Shown: positions 36,070 to 44,092 of the stretch, in pieces
Numbering within the stretch: position 1 is the stretch's first letter
How the letters are laid out: each line of letters starts with the position of its first letter
Made by a program: the position numbers and the translations under genes
Notes under the pieces: generated by a model
The model's input: only the letters and a program-made list of their open reading frames with translations
The model's database searches: none
What the model was told of the DNA's origin: nothing
From: Deltaproteobacteria bacterium
GTDB taxonomy: Bacteria > Desulfobacterota > Dissulfuribacteria > Dissulfuribacterales > JALVPX01
Assembly (NCBI GenBank): GCA_027023445.1
Contig: JALVVK010000126.1
Coordinates: 4,740 to 68,739, forward strand
Reading direction: 5' to 3'
Length of the DNA stretch: 64,000 nucleotides

Positions 36070-36174
36070 AAATGGTAAATTGTGAATGGTGAATTGTAAA
36101 TGATAAATTGTGAATAATGAATTGTGAATTGTGAATGGTGAATTGTGAATTGTGAATGGTGAATTGTGAATTAT
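36070..36174. repeat. Tandem heptanucleotide array, 15 x 7 bp, consensus GAATTGT (variants GAATGGT, AAATTGT)
   Basis: I read it directly as aaatggt aaattgt gaatggt gaattgt aaatgat aaattgt gaataat gaattgt gaattgt gaatggt gaattgt gaattgt gaatggt gaattgt gaattat. It lies in the 211-bp gap between the glcD-like stop and the ispD start. Confidence 0.9.
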
Positions 36175-36211
36175 TGCGGCAGACAGCGAAAAGAACAGGG
36201 CATCTCCGGAG

Positions 36212-37582
36212 TTATAATTTTCCCGGATTCAGTATACCCCTGGGATCAAACACGCCCTTTATGCCTTTCATGAGGCCAATGGCGTCCGCCCCCAGCTCCA
36301 TGGAAAGATAAGGCCTCTTTGTAATCCCTGTACCGTGTTCGCCGGAAACAGTCCCGCCAAGGGACAGGGTCTGCTCCATGATCCAGTCAACCGCCTCATG
36401 GCAGTGCCTTTTGAGCTCCGGTTGACCGAGGTCAGTTAAAAGGTTGACGTGCAGATTGCCATCCCCTGCGTGCCCAAAGGAAAGAATGGTTATGTCAAAC
36501 CTCCGGCCCGCGTCTTCCAGCCTGCGCATCATTTCCGGCAGCGCGTCTCTTGGAACACATATGTCCTCGCTGACCTTGTCCGGATAACCCAGCCTCCTGA
36601 TGGCAGGAGAGAGTGATCTGCGGGCCTTCCAGAACCGGGCGGCCTGTTCCGGGGATTCAGCAACATGAAGCCCTGACGCACCGGCTGCCTGAAACACCGA
36701 GGCCATCTCCTGCGTCTCTTCCCTGACAGCAGGCAGACTGCCGTCCACCTCCGCAAGGAGCATGGCGCGCGTCCCCCGCGGCATGGAAACAGGAAGGCTG
36801 TCCTTCACGCATTCAAGGCTTAATCTGTCCAGCAATTCCACACACCTGGGAAGCACGCCGCGGGTAAACAGGGAAACCAGGCCCTTGCAGGCTTCACTCG
36901 GACCGGGGAAAAAGGCGAGAAGGGTTCCAACCGCCTTTGGCGCGGGAACCAGCCTGAGGAGAACCCTGGTGATTACGCCAAGCGTACCCTCTGAACCTAC
37001 CATGAGACGCGCGAGATTATATCCCACCACTCCTTTTGCCGTCCTGGTGCCGGTTTCAACCACCTTTCCGCCAGGCAGTACTATCTGGAGGGACATTACG
37101 TAATCCCTGGTCACGCCATATTTTACCGCCCTTGCACCACCCGCGCCCGTGGCAACATTACCGCCAATGGTACAGAAACCGAGACTTGCCGGGTCAGGAG
37201 GATACAGAAGGCCTGATTTTTCAACATGCGCCTGAATGCTGCCCGTTATGGCGCCGGGTTCCGCTTCCACGGTAAGGTTGGCCGTGTTTACGGAGAGGAT
37301 GCGGTTCATCCTCGAAAGACACAAAACCAGGCCGGGGATCTCCGCAAGCGCGCCACCGGTGGTTCCCGTGCCCGCGCCCCTCGGATAGACGGGAATACCC
37401 GCCGAGTTGGCAAGTTTCATGACCCGGACTACCTGCTCAAGGTCAGTGGGCAGGGCAACGGCCTCCGGCATGAAGCTCAACCCTGAGGCATCGTAGGAAT
37501 AGGTTCTCAGATCACATGGATCCAGCGAAAAATTCTCCCGGCCCAGGATCTTTGTAAACTGCCTGGCCAGAGACCTCTTCAT
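36212..37582 (-). CDS. FAD-linked oxidase, GlcD/D-lactate dehydrogenase family
   Basis: The ORF is 456 aa with an FAD-binding PCMH domain (IPVYPRGAGTGTTGG). The C-terminus has a GlcD-like motif (GGTVSGEHGTGITKRPY...DPRGILNPGK). Confidence 0.9.
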   Translation of the reverse strand: MKRSLARQFTKILGRENFSLDPCDLRTYSYDASGLSFMPEAVALPTDLEQVVRVMKLANSAGIPVYPRGAGTGTTGGALAEIPGLVLCLSRMNRILSVNTANLTVEAEPGAITGSIQAHVEKSGLLYPPDPASLGFCTIGGNVATGAGGARAVKYGVTRDYVMSLQIVLPGGKVVETGTRTAKGVVGYNLARLMVGSEGTLGVITRVLLRLVPAPKAVGTLLAFFPGPSEACKGLVSLFTRGVLPRCVELLDRLSLECVKDSLPVSMPRGTRAMLLAEVDGSLPAVREETQEMASVFQAAGASGLHVAESPEQAARFWKARRSLSPAIRRLGYPDKVSEDICVPRDALPEMMRRLEDAGRRFDITILSFGHAGDGNLHVNLLTDLGQPELKRHCHEAVDWIMEQTLSLGGTVSGEHGTGITKRPYLSMELGADAIGLMKGIKGVFDPRGILNPGKL

Positions 37583-37584
37583 GC

Positions 37585-38913
37585 CTAAGACTGCCAGCGT
37601 TTTTTCTCTACCTGGTCCATGAAAAACTCAATCTGATGTCTTGATTTGCCCGGAGTGTTGAGTTCCTTCCTGATTCTTTTAATCGAGTGGGTCACCGTGG
37701 CGTGATCCCTGTTAAACTCTCTTCCTATGGCCTCAAGGGAGGAATCCGTAAACCGTCTGGCAAGATACATGGCTATCTGCCTCGGCCAGGTGATGGCCCG
37801 TTTTCTGGACTTGGAAATTATCTCCTGCTCTGTGAGCTTGAAATGCCTGCAGATCATATCCTTTATCAGGGCTACTGTTACCTCGGGCGGCTCGCCCACC
37901 AGATCAAGGACCACCTCCCTGGCCAGGTCCATATCCAGGGGACGTTTCAAAAGGGATGACTTGGCAATAAGCCCTATTACCGCCCCTTCTATCTGACGGA
38001 TATCACCAGTGAGCCTGCTGGCCAAAAATTCGACTATGCTCTCATCAAGCAATACTCCCTGGGCCTTGGCCTTTCTCCGCAATATCCTTTTTCTGGTATC
38101 AAAATCCGGTGGATTTATGGTGGTAATAAGTCCGCTGCCAAGGCGTGAACGCAGAATATCGTTCACTTTCGGTATCTCCCTCGGAAGCCTGTTTCCCGTA
38201 AGGATTACGGTTTTCCCCTGGTCCATGAGCACGTCCAGGGCAAGGGCAAGCTCCGTCTGGGTGCGGTCCCTGCCGGACACGGACTGGACTTCTTCCAGAA
38301 GAAGCGCGTCACAGGTCCTGCTGTATCTCTTTTTAAAGTCGTCTATTTCATTGTTCCTGACGGCTCTTACCACCTGGTGCGTAAATTCGTTTGCCGTAAC
38401 ATAACATAGTCTTGCCTGCGGGCGCCTGTCCAGAATAAGCCGGCCCGCAGCCTGGGTGAGATGGCTTTTCCCAAGGCCTGAACCTGCGTGAAGGTAGATC
38501 ACCTTGCTGTGATTCGGATCCCCATTTGCCGTGGAAAGACACGCTGAGTACGCGTACTGGTTACTGCTGCCCACCACAAACTCATCAAAGGTATACCGGT
38601 CACAGAACCTGGGCCTCGGCAGTTCATTAGGAGCGAACCTGGGAAGATGAAGCTGGCCTTTCGCAGCATCCCTTACCTTTTCCACCGGGCAAAGTTTTAT
38701 CTTCCAGGTCTTATCCCCCTGGACCATAAACTCTTTTATCAGAGGAAGATAATGCTCCTGCACCCAGGAGGCGAAAAACTGGTTCGGACACCTGAGCAAA
38801 ATGGTGTCCCCCTCCACGCCTGAATATGTCAGGGGACAGATCCAGACCTTGTAGGTACTCTCCGCAAGCTTGGAACGCAGCCTTTCCTTCAGTGAATTCC
38901 ACAAGTTTTCCAT
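37585..38913 (-). CDS. dnaA: Chromosomal replication initiator protein DnaA
   Basis: I set the start at the ATG at 38913 (MENLWNSLKERL). It has the AAA+ Walker A GSGLGKSHL and the box VII / sensor region. The C-terminal DNA-binding domain is present (RPRQIAMYLARRFTDSSLEAIGREFNRDHATVTHSIKRI). Confidence 0.95.
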   Translation of the reverse strand: MENLWNSLKERLRSKLAESTYKVWICPLTYSGVEGDTILLRCPNQFFASWVQEHYLPLIKEFMVQGDKTWKIKLCPVEKVRDAAKGQLHLPRFAPNELPRPRFCDRYTFDEFVVGSSNQYAYSACLSTANGDPNHSKVIYLHAGSGLGKSHLTQAAGRLILDRRPQARLCYVTANEFTHQVVRAVRNNEIDDFKKRYSRTCDALLLEEVQSVSGRDRTQTELALALDVLMDQGKTVILTGNRLPREIPKVNDILRSRLGSGLITTINPPDFDTRKRILRRKAKAQGVLLDESIVEFLASRLTGDIRQIEGAVIGLIAKSSLLKRPLDMDLAREVVLDLVGEPPEVTVALIKDMICRHFKLTEQEIISKSRKRAITWPRQIAMYLARRFTDSSLEAIGREFNRDHATVTHSIKRIRKELNTPGKSRHQIEFFMDQVEKKRWQS

Positions 38914-39373
38914 AACTCCCCGAACTCCCAACCGCAGAAAAACGTACCGTATTCTTTTGAATACTACTGATTACTATGCACTGAAATCGTTTGCGCAATA
39001 CATACTGAAGGGCCATTCATATGTCAAAGCGAAAGAATTGGAATTCTCCGATTTTGGAGCTTGAGTTTTAAACAGGGGCATATCTACTCAACATCTAATC
39101 ATTTTCTGACTTAAAACCTATAACCCCGCTTAAAAACAGGCTTTTTAAGAACAAAAAAAATATCTGTAAAATCAAATAATTATTAACAATCAACAAAGTT
39201 TTCAACAATTATCCACAATAAAATCACCTTGCAAAATCTACAAAATTCTCCTTTTTTTGCCTTTTAACTCACCTTTCGTCTCTTTGACAGTAAGGACATG
39301 GGTTATGAACTTTGGGGATTAAACGAAACACAGGACACTTGTAAACCATGCGGGGTTTTGGCATAGTTTTCCC
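38914..39373. other. Candidate oriC / dnaA promoter region (AT-rich)
   Basis: This 460-bp gap upstream of dnaA has long A/T runs (39120-39260). It holds one perfect DnaA box and a few sites with two mismatches (for example ttattaaca at 39180 and ttttcaaca at about 39199). Confidence 0.45.
39209..39217 (+). promoter_or_regulatory. Perfect consensus DnaA box TTATCCACA
   Basis: I read it directly at 39209-39217, about 300 bp upstream of the dnaA start codon. Confidence 0.6.
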
Positions 39374-39988
39374 ATGAATTGTCCAGACAGAAAGACGTGC
39401 ATGGCAATCCTCGCGCGCCACGGGGTTCCGGCCCACATACAATCCCACTGTCTCAGGGTCGCTCAGGTCGCGGGGGTTATTGCCCTGGCGCTGAATAAAC
39501 GGGGCCTTGATCTCAACAGGGAGCTGGTGATATCCTCCTCGCTGCTGCATGATGTCACCAAGATGGACGCCATAATCAATGGCCAGGACCATGCCCTTAC
39601 AGGCTCAAGGCTTCTTGAAGGCCTCGGGTATCCTGAGGTGGCAAACCTTGTCAGGCAACACGTATATGTTGATGACCCTGAAACGGATCGTGTAACAGAG
39701 GCCCATGTCCTCAGCTATGCGGATAAACGTGTTCTCCACTCCGACGTCGTAAACCTTGATGAACGCTTTGCAGATCTTATGGTCCGATATGGACACACTG
39801 CCGAAAGACGGATCAGCATCACTCATGGGCTGGAATGGGCCAGGGGGCTTGAACAACGGATATTTTCCATTATAAACATGGCCCCGGAAATGCTGCTGCT
39901 CCTAAACCAATACGAACCTGATCACGAACAGGAGGAAATGCCATGGCGCACAGACTCACCTTTTTCGGCCATTCCGCATTCAGGATAA
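39374..39988 (+). CDS. HD-domain (HDIG-type) phosphohydrolase
   Basis: The ORF is 204 aa. The sequence HCLRVAQVA...SSLLHDVTK...YADKRV is the H...HD...D pattern of HD hydrolases. Confidence 0.8.
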   Translation: MNCPDRKTCMAILARHGVPAHIQSHCLRVAQVAGVIALALNKRGLDLNRELVISSSLLHDVTKMDAIINGQDHALTGSRLLEGLGYPEVANLVRQHVYVDDPETDRVTEAHVLSYADKRVLHSDVVNLDERFADLMVRYGHTAERRISITHGLEWARGLEQRIFSIINMAPEMLLLLNQYEPDHEQEEMPWRTDSPFSAIPHSG

Positions 39989-40644
39989 CGACCAGAAACA
40001 ATTTGAAAATATGGATAGATCCCTGGCTCGATAATCCTATGGCCCCCAAGACAATCGATTCAACGGATGCGGATATCATACTCATCACCCATGCTCACAG
40101 TGACCATCTGGGGAACACACTCAACCTTGCCAGATCCCCTGAAACAGAGGTGGTGGCCATTCACGAAATACAGCAGTATCTGCTCTTCAAGGGCCTTCCC
40201 AATGTCACCGGGATGAACATCGGCGGGACATATATAACAAAGGGCATATCAATTACAATGGTCCAGGCCCTGCACAGTTCATCCATACAGGAAGGCAACG
40301 AAATTCACTACGGCGGAGAGGCGGCGGGTTTTATCATTACCCTGGAGGACGGAATCTGCCTGTATCATGCCGGGGACACGGCTCTTTTCGGAGACATGGC
40401 CCTTATCCGCGAGCTTTACCGGCCGGATATCGCCATGCTCCCCATTGGCAGCCATTACGTAATGGGCCCCAGGGAGGCGGCGCACGCGGCAAGGCTCCTT
40501 GCGCCGAAGCAGGTGATTCCCATGCACTATGCCACCTTCACCGCCCTTACAGGGACGGTTGATGCATTCAAAAAAGAGCTTGGCGAACTTGGCCTGGACC
40601 TTGAGATTACCGCCATGCAACCCGGCGAAACTATTGAAGTCTGA
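39943..40644 (+). CDS. Metal-dependent hydrolase, MBL fold (UPF0173 family)
   Basis: The ORF is 233 aa. The sequence LTFFGHSAFRI...IDPWL...ILITHAHSDHLG...HAGDT...PIGSHY..MG is the beta-lactamase-fold metal-binding pattern. Confidence 0.88.
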   Translation: MAHRLTFFGHSAFRITTRNNLKIWIDPWLDNPMAPKTIDSTDADIILITHAHSDHLGNTLNLARSPETEVVAIHEIQQYLLFKGLPNVTGMNIGGTYITKGISITMVQALHSSSIQEGNEIHYGGEAAGFIITLEDGICLYHAGDTALFGDMALIRELYRPDIAMLPIGSHYVMGPREAAHAARLLAPKQVIPMHYATFTALTGTVDAFKKELGELGLDLEITAMQPGETIEV

Positions 40645-40713
40645 AAACTGATCCAGCGGCCCGATGGAAGAGAGATGCCTGAAAGGGCCCTTGCAGGAGC
40701 AGGATACACGGTT

Positions 40714-40953
40714 TCATCCCTTCTGCAGTAGGGCCTTTATCTCTTCCACGGGAAAGAGCCTGCCTGAGCCCTTGAGAATGCCGTCGACCACGATTCCAGG
40801 GGTGGACATAACCCCGTAGCCCACGATCCTTCCCATGTCCGTCACCTTTTCAAATTCGGCATCGGCGATTCCAAGCTCACTGGCAGCCTGTCTGGCATTG
40901 GCTTCAAGGGCCTTGCAACGGGGACACCCCGGCCCGAGTATCTCTATCTTCAT
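40714..40953 (-). CDS. Thioredoxin-fold small redox protein (MTH895/ArsE-type, CPRC motif)
   Basis: The ORF is 79 aa. The sequence MKIEILGPGCPRCKAL...GVMSTPGIVVDG is typical of the family that partners with the upstream permease. Confidence 0.88.
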   Translation of the reverse strand: MKIEILGPGCPRCKALEANARQAASELGIADAEFEKVTDMGRIVGYGVMSTPGIVVDGILKGSGRLFPVEEIKALLQKG

Positions 40954-40998
40954 GTAAAAAGACCTCCTTTTTTATCTTCAGAATCCTGGTCCAGCCCC

Positions 40999-41955
40999 CT
41001 ACATGATCGCATTGAACACATAGCCCACAGTGATAATCGACACCGTAACTGTACCCACAAACGTGGCTATGAGCCGCCTTTTCAGGACCTGGCTGAGGAT
41101 CACCATCTCAGGGAAGGAAAGGGCGGTCACCGCCATCATGAAGGCCAGGGTCGTGCCAAGCGGCAGACCCTTGGACATGAGGGCCTGGACCACGGGTATG
41201 ATGCCTGCGGCATTACTGTAAAGAGGTACACCGAGCACAACGGCTACCGGAACGGCAAACGGGTTAGACGGCCCGGCCCAGGAAAGCAGGAAACCCTGGG
41301 GCACGTAGCCGTGCACCAACGCCCCCACCGCGATGCCACCCAGAACATAGAGCCAGATCCTGCCGATGATGTCCTTGACGTAAACCCTGGCATACTCCAG
41401 CCGCTCCTGCCAGCGCATCTCCGGCATCTCAGCCTTATCCATGCGGACCTTCCACACGTAATCCGCCACAAAGCGCTCCATGTTGAGCCTGCCTATTATC
41501 AGGCCCGCCACCATGGCCACGGCAAGCCCTGTAAAGAGATAAAGGGCCGCTATCTTCCAGCCGAACAGGCCGAAAAGCAGGATGAGCGCGACCTCGTTCA
41601 CCATTGGGGAGGAGATCAGGAAGCTGAATGTAACCCCAAGGGGAATGCCCGCCTCCACGAACCCTATAAAAAGCGGGCAGGCGGAACAGGAGCAAAAAGG
41701 AGTCACGACCCCCAGGGCCGCCGCCAGCATATGGCCCGCTATAAGTCTTCTGTCGCTCAAAAAGCGCCTTGTGCGCTCAGGAGAAAAAAAGCTCCTGACT
41801 ATGGCTACAAAGAAGATGATGGTTGCAAGCAGGAAGAAAATTTTGGTGGTGTCTTCAATGAAGAAGTGGACCGCCCCGGCAAGGTGCGCTCCCGGTTCAA
41901 GGCCGAGCCACCTGTAGGTGACAAGATCGGCAAAAATGGTAAAAAGTCTCAACAC
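40999..41955 (-). CDS. Permease with a CSC/CxC motif (DUF318/ArsP-like family)
   Basis: The ORF is 318 aa and polytopic. The conserved sequence VTPFCSCSACPLFIGF is characteristic of this permease family. Confidence 0.85.
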   Translation of the reverse strand: MLRLFTIFADLVTYRWLGLEPGAHLAGAVHFFIEDTTKIFFLLATIIFFVAIVRSFFSPERTRRFLSDRRLIAGHMLAAALGVVTPFCSCSACPLFIGFVEAGIPLGVTFSFLISSPMVNEVALILLFGLFGWKIAALYLFTGLAVAMVAGLIIGRLNMERFVADYVWKVRMDKAEMPEMRWQERLEYARVYVKDIIGRIWLYVLGGIAVGALVHGYVPQGFLLSWAGPSNPFAVPVAVVLGVPLYSNAAGIIPVVQALMSKGLPLGTTLAFMMAVTALSFPEMVILSQVLKRRLIATFVGTVTVSIITVGYVFNAIM

Positions 41956-42299
41956 GTTTCTGCGCTCCCCGGCACCAGGAATCCTTTCAACACTCCCGTA
42001 CCCAATTTACTGGGATTATCTGTCATGTCACAGAATACGCATAACAACCTCATACTTATTATATAGCTATATGTAAATATATTGTCAATACCTCAACTAT
42101 TAATCCTGCGCACCGAATGACATCCTGGATTCCGTGAACCCCCTGGAAAATTCAAAAACCGCCAGGACTTGTCAGCCATGGGATATTTGTTTTAACTGGA
42201 TTCAGGCAGCCTGGCCGACGAAACAAATCGGCCGATTCGGCCAGTATGACTGGCCTGTATTTTTTATAAATCTGAAATTCCGGAAAGGACGGATCAAAA

Positions 42300-42833
42300 A
42301 TGTGCGTAATAAACAATGTAACCCTTGAAATCAAATCCGGAGACATTACCAGGGAGAAGGCCGATGCCATAGTGAATGCCGCCAACAGCGGGCTTGCCGG
42401 AGGAGGAGGCGTGGATGGAGCGATTCACAGGGCTGGAGGCCCTGCTATCATGGAGGAATGCAGGAAAATCGGCTTCTGTCCCACAGGCGAAGCGGTGGTA
42501 ACCACGGCAGGCAACCTTGATGCCAGCCATATCATTCACGCTGTCGGACCAGTATGGAGGGGAGGCGCTGAAAACGAAGGGCAGGCGCTTTCCCGGACCT
42601 ATGAAAACTGCATGAAAAGGGCCAGGGAATATGGGATAAAATCCCTGGCCTTTCCTGCGATAAGCGCGGGCACCTATGGATTCCCTGCACAGGAGGCTGC
42701 GGACATCGCCGTGTCCTCGGTAATAAGAGAGTTGAAGTCAGGCCCTGGAAAGTTAGCCGTTGTAACATTCGTGCTGTTCAACGAAACAATTTTTTCCGCC
42801 TTTGAATCGGCCATGAAAAAATACTGCCCGTGA
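42300..42833 (+). CDS. Macro-domain protein (O-acetyl-ADP-ribose deacetylase, YmdB-like)
   Basis: The ORF is 177 aa. The sequence GDITREKADAIVNAANSGLAGGGGVDGAIHRAGG...IIHAVGP...SLAFPAISAGTYGFP shows canonical macro-domain motifs. Confidence 0.92.
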   Translation: MCVINNVTLEIKSGDITREKADAIVNAANSGLAGGGGVDGAIHRAGGPAIMEECRKIGFCPTGEAVVTTAGNLDASHIIHAVGPVWRGGAENEGQALSRTYENCMKRAREYGIKSLAFPAISAGTYGFPAQEAADIAVSSVIRELKSGPGKLAVVTFVLFNETIFSAFESAMKKYCP

Positions 42834-42900
42834 AGGCATCCCCTTTAGCGCCTGAACATGCCAGACAAGAGGCAGAGACCGCAAAAACAAGCGCCATGAC

Positions 42901-42952
42901 CTGTCACCTTTAAGCTTTCAGCCAACCTTCATGCTCACGGGTGCGAAGCAGC
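42901..42952 (+). repeat. Diverged partial third copy of the 125-bp repeat
   Basis: Positions 42901-42950 align without gaps to 31631-31680, and I counted 40 of 50 identities. The shared block is ctgtcacct...ccaacYttcatgctc..gg.gcgaagca. The right-hand inverted-repeat arm is absent. Confidence 0.7.
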
Positions 42953-43092
42953 AATGCGCTGCCTTTTCGTCCAATCCGAATGTATTTTCAGGGTAAAAAA
43001 ACAAAATCCGCTTGACAACAAAAAGACCCTGGCTGATATAATGGGCGCGAGCCCATAAAATACGCCCAAAAAACCGGTTAAAAAACATTTCC

Positions 43093-43108
43093 TGGCACAA
43101 TTTTTCAT
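43093..43108 (+). promoter_or_regulatory. Weak sigma-54-like element TGGCAC-N5-TTCAT
   Basis: The sequence cTGGCACaatttTTCAt lies 32 nt upstream of the ATG at 43140. The -24 half is perfect. The -12 half lacks the conserved GC. Confidence 0.25.
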
Positions 43109-43139
43109 TTCACCAGAAAAGACAGACAGAGGTATAGAC

Positions 43140-44030
43140 ATGGACAACAAAACATCTGGTACGACCAAAGGCAGTCAAAAACCTAAGAGACCATACCTGA
43201 CCAAAAAAAACGGAAAATATGAACTGAAGGTACGCGTAAGCACCGGAAACCTCACCGCGCAACAACTCCTGGCGCTTAAAGACATATCAGGAACTTACGG
43301 CTCAGGCCAGATCCACCTGACCGCGAGACAGGAGGTCCTGATCTATGACATTGAGGAGGCACACGTCGAGGAGGCCATAAGTCGTCTCGAAGCGGCAGGG
43401 CTGAAGGGCGGCTCCGCCGGGATGAGGGTCAGAAACATCATGAGCTGCGTTGGTGACAGGTGTAAAAACTGCGCCTGGGATCCGGCTGCCCTTGCCAGGG
43501 AACTTGATGAAAAATACGGGGAAATGGACCTTCCGGGAGCGGTTAAAATGGCCGTTGCCGGTTGCCCGTTCCCGTGCATACGCCCCCAGTTGAACGATAT
43601 CGGCATTATCGGAAGGATTCTGCCACGGTTGGTTGACGAAGAAAAATGCAAGGGATGCGGCATGTGTGAAAAGGTCTGTAAAGTAGGCGCGGCATCTGTT
43701 GGGGAAGGCAAAAAATCCGTCACGGATTACAACCTTTGCGCCATGTGCGGCAGATGCGTGCTGTATTGCCCATCATCGGTCAGGATCGCGGAAAAAACAG
43801 GGGTAAGTATTACGGTAGGAGGAGGTGGCTCCTGGCCTGTAACGGAAGGCCCCATCCTTGTAACCATGATCGGGCTGGACCAGGTTATTCCCCTTGTGGG
43901 GAAAATCCTTAATTATTACAAGGAAAACGCCCTTTCTGCTGAAAAAAGACTCCGGCCATTTGTCAAAAGAATAGGCATAGAAAAATTAAAAAAGGATCTG
44001 CTGAAAGGCGTGGAAGTCATCATCCCGTAA
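43140..44030 (+). CDS. Small Dsr-like / nitrite-sulfite reductase family protein with an inserted 2x[4Fe-4S] ferredoxin domain
   Basis: The ORF is 296 aa. It has a NiR/SiR ferredoxin-like half domain (LTAQQLLALKDISGTYGSGQIHLTARQ). It has a siroheme-cluster-type Cys set (SCVGDRCKNC ... GCPFPC). It also has the ferredoxin motifs CKGCGMCEKVC and CAMCGRCVLYCP. Confidence 0.8.
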   Translation: MDNKTSGTTKGSQKPKRPYLTKKNGKYELKVRVSTGNLTAQQLLALKDISGTYGSGQIHLTARQEVLIYDIEEAHVEEAISRLEAAGLKGGSAGMRVRNIMSCVGDRCKNCAWDPAALARELDEKYGEMDLPGAVKMAVAGCPFPCIRPQLNDIGIIGRILPRLVDEEKCKGCGMCEKVCKVGAASVGEGKKSVTDYNLCAMCGRCVLYCPSSVRIAEKTGVSITVGGGGSWPVTEGPILVTMIGLDQVIPLVGKILNYYKENALSAEKRLRPFVKRIGIEKLKKDLLKGVEVIIP

Positions 44031-44092
44031 AGGTTGTCCCCCCCGGATCTTCTTTTCACCTTGGAAAAGAGGCGCCTCCGGGGGCACTCTCC

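Noticed and set aside
42918-43168. Minus-strand ORFs at 42918-43100 and 42935-43168 between the macro-domain and Dsr-like genes.
   Set aside because: They overlap each other and the promoter and repeat region. They have no motifs and no RBS.
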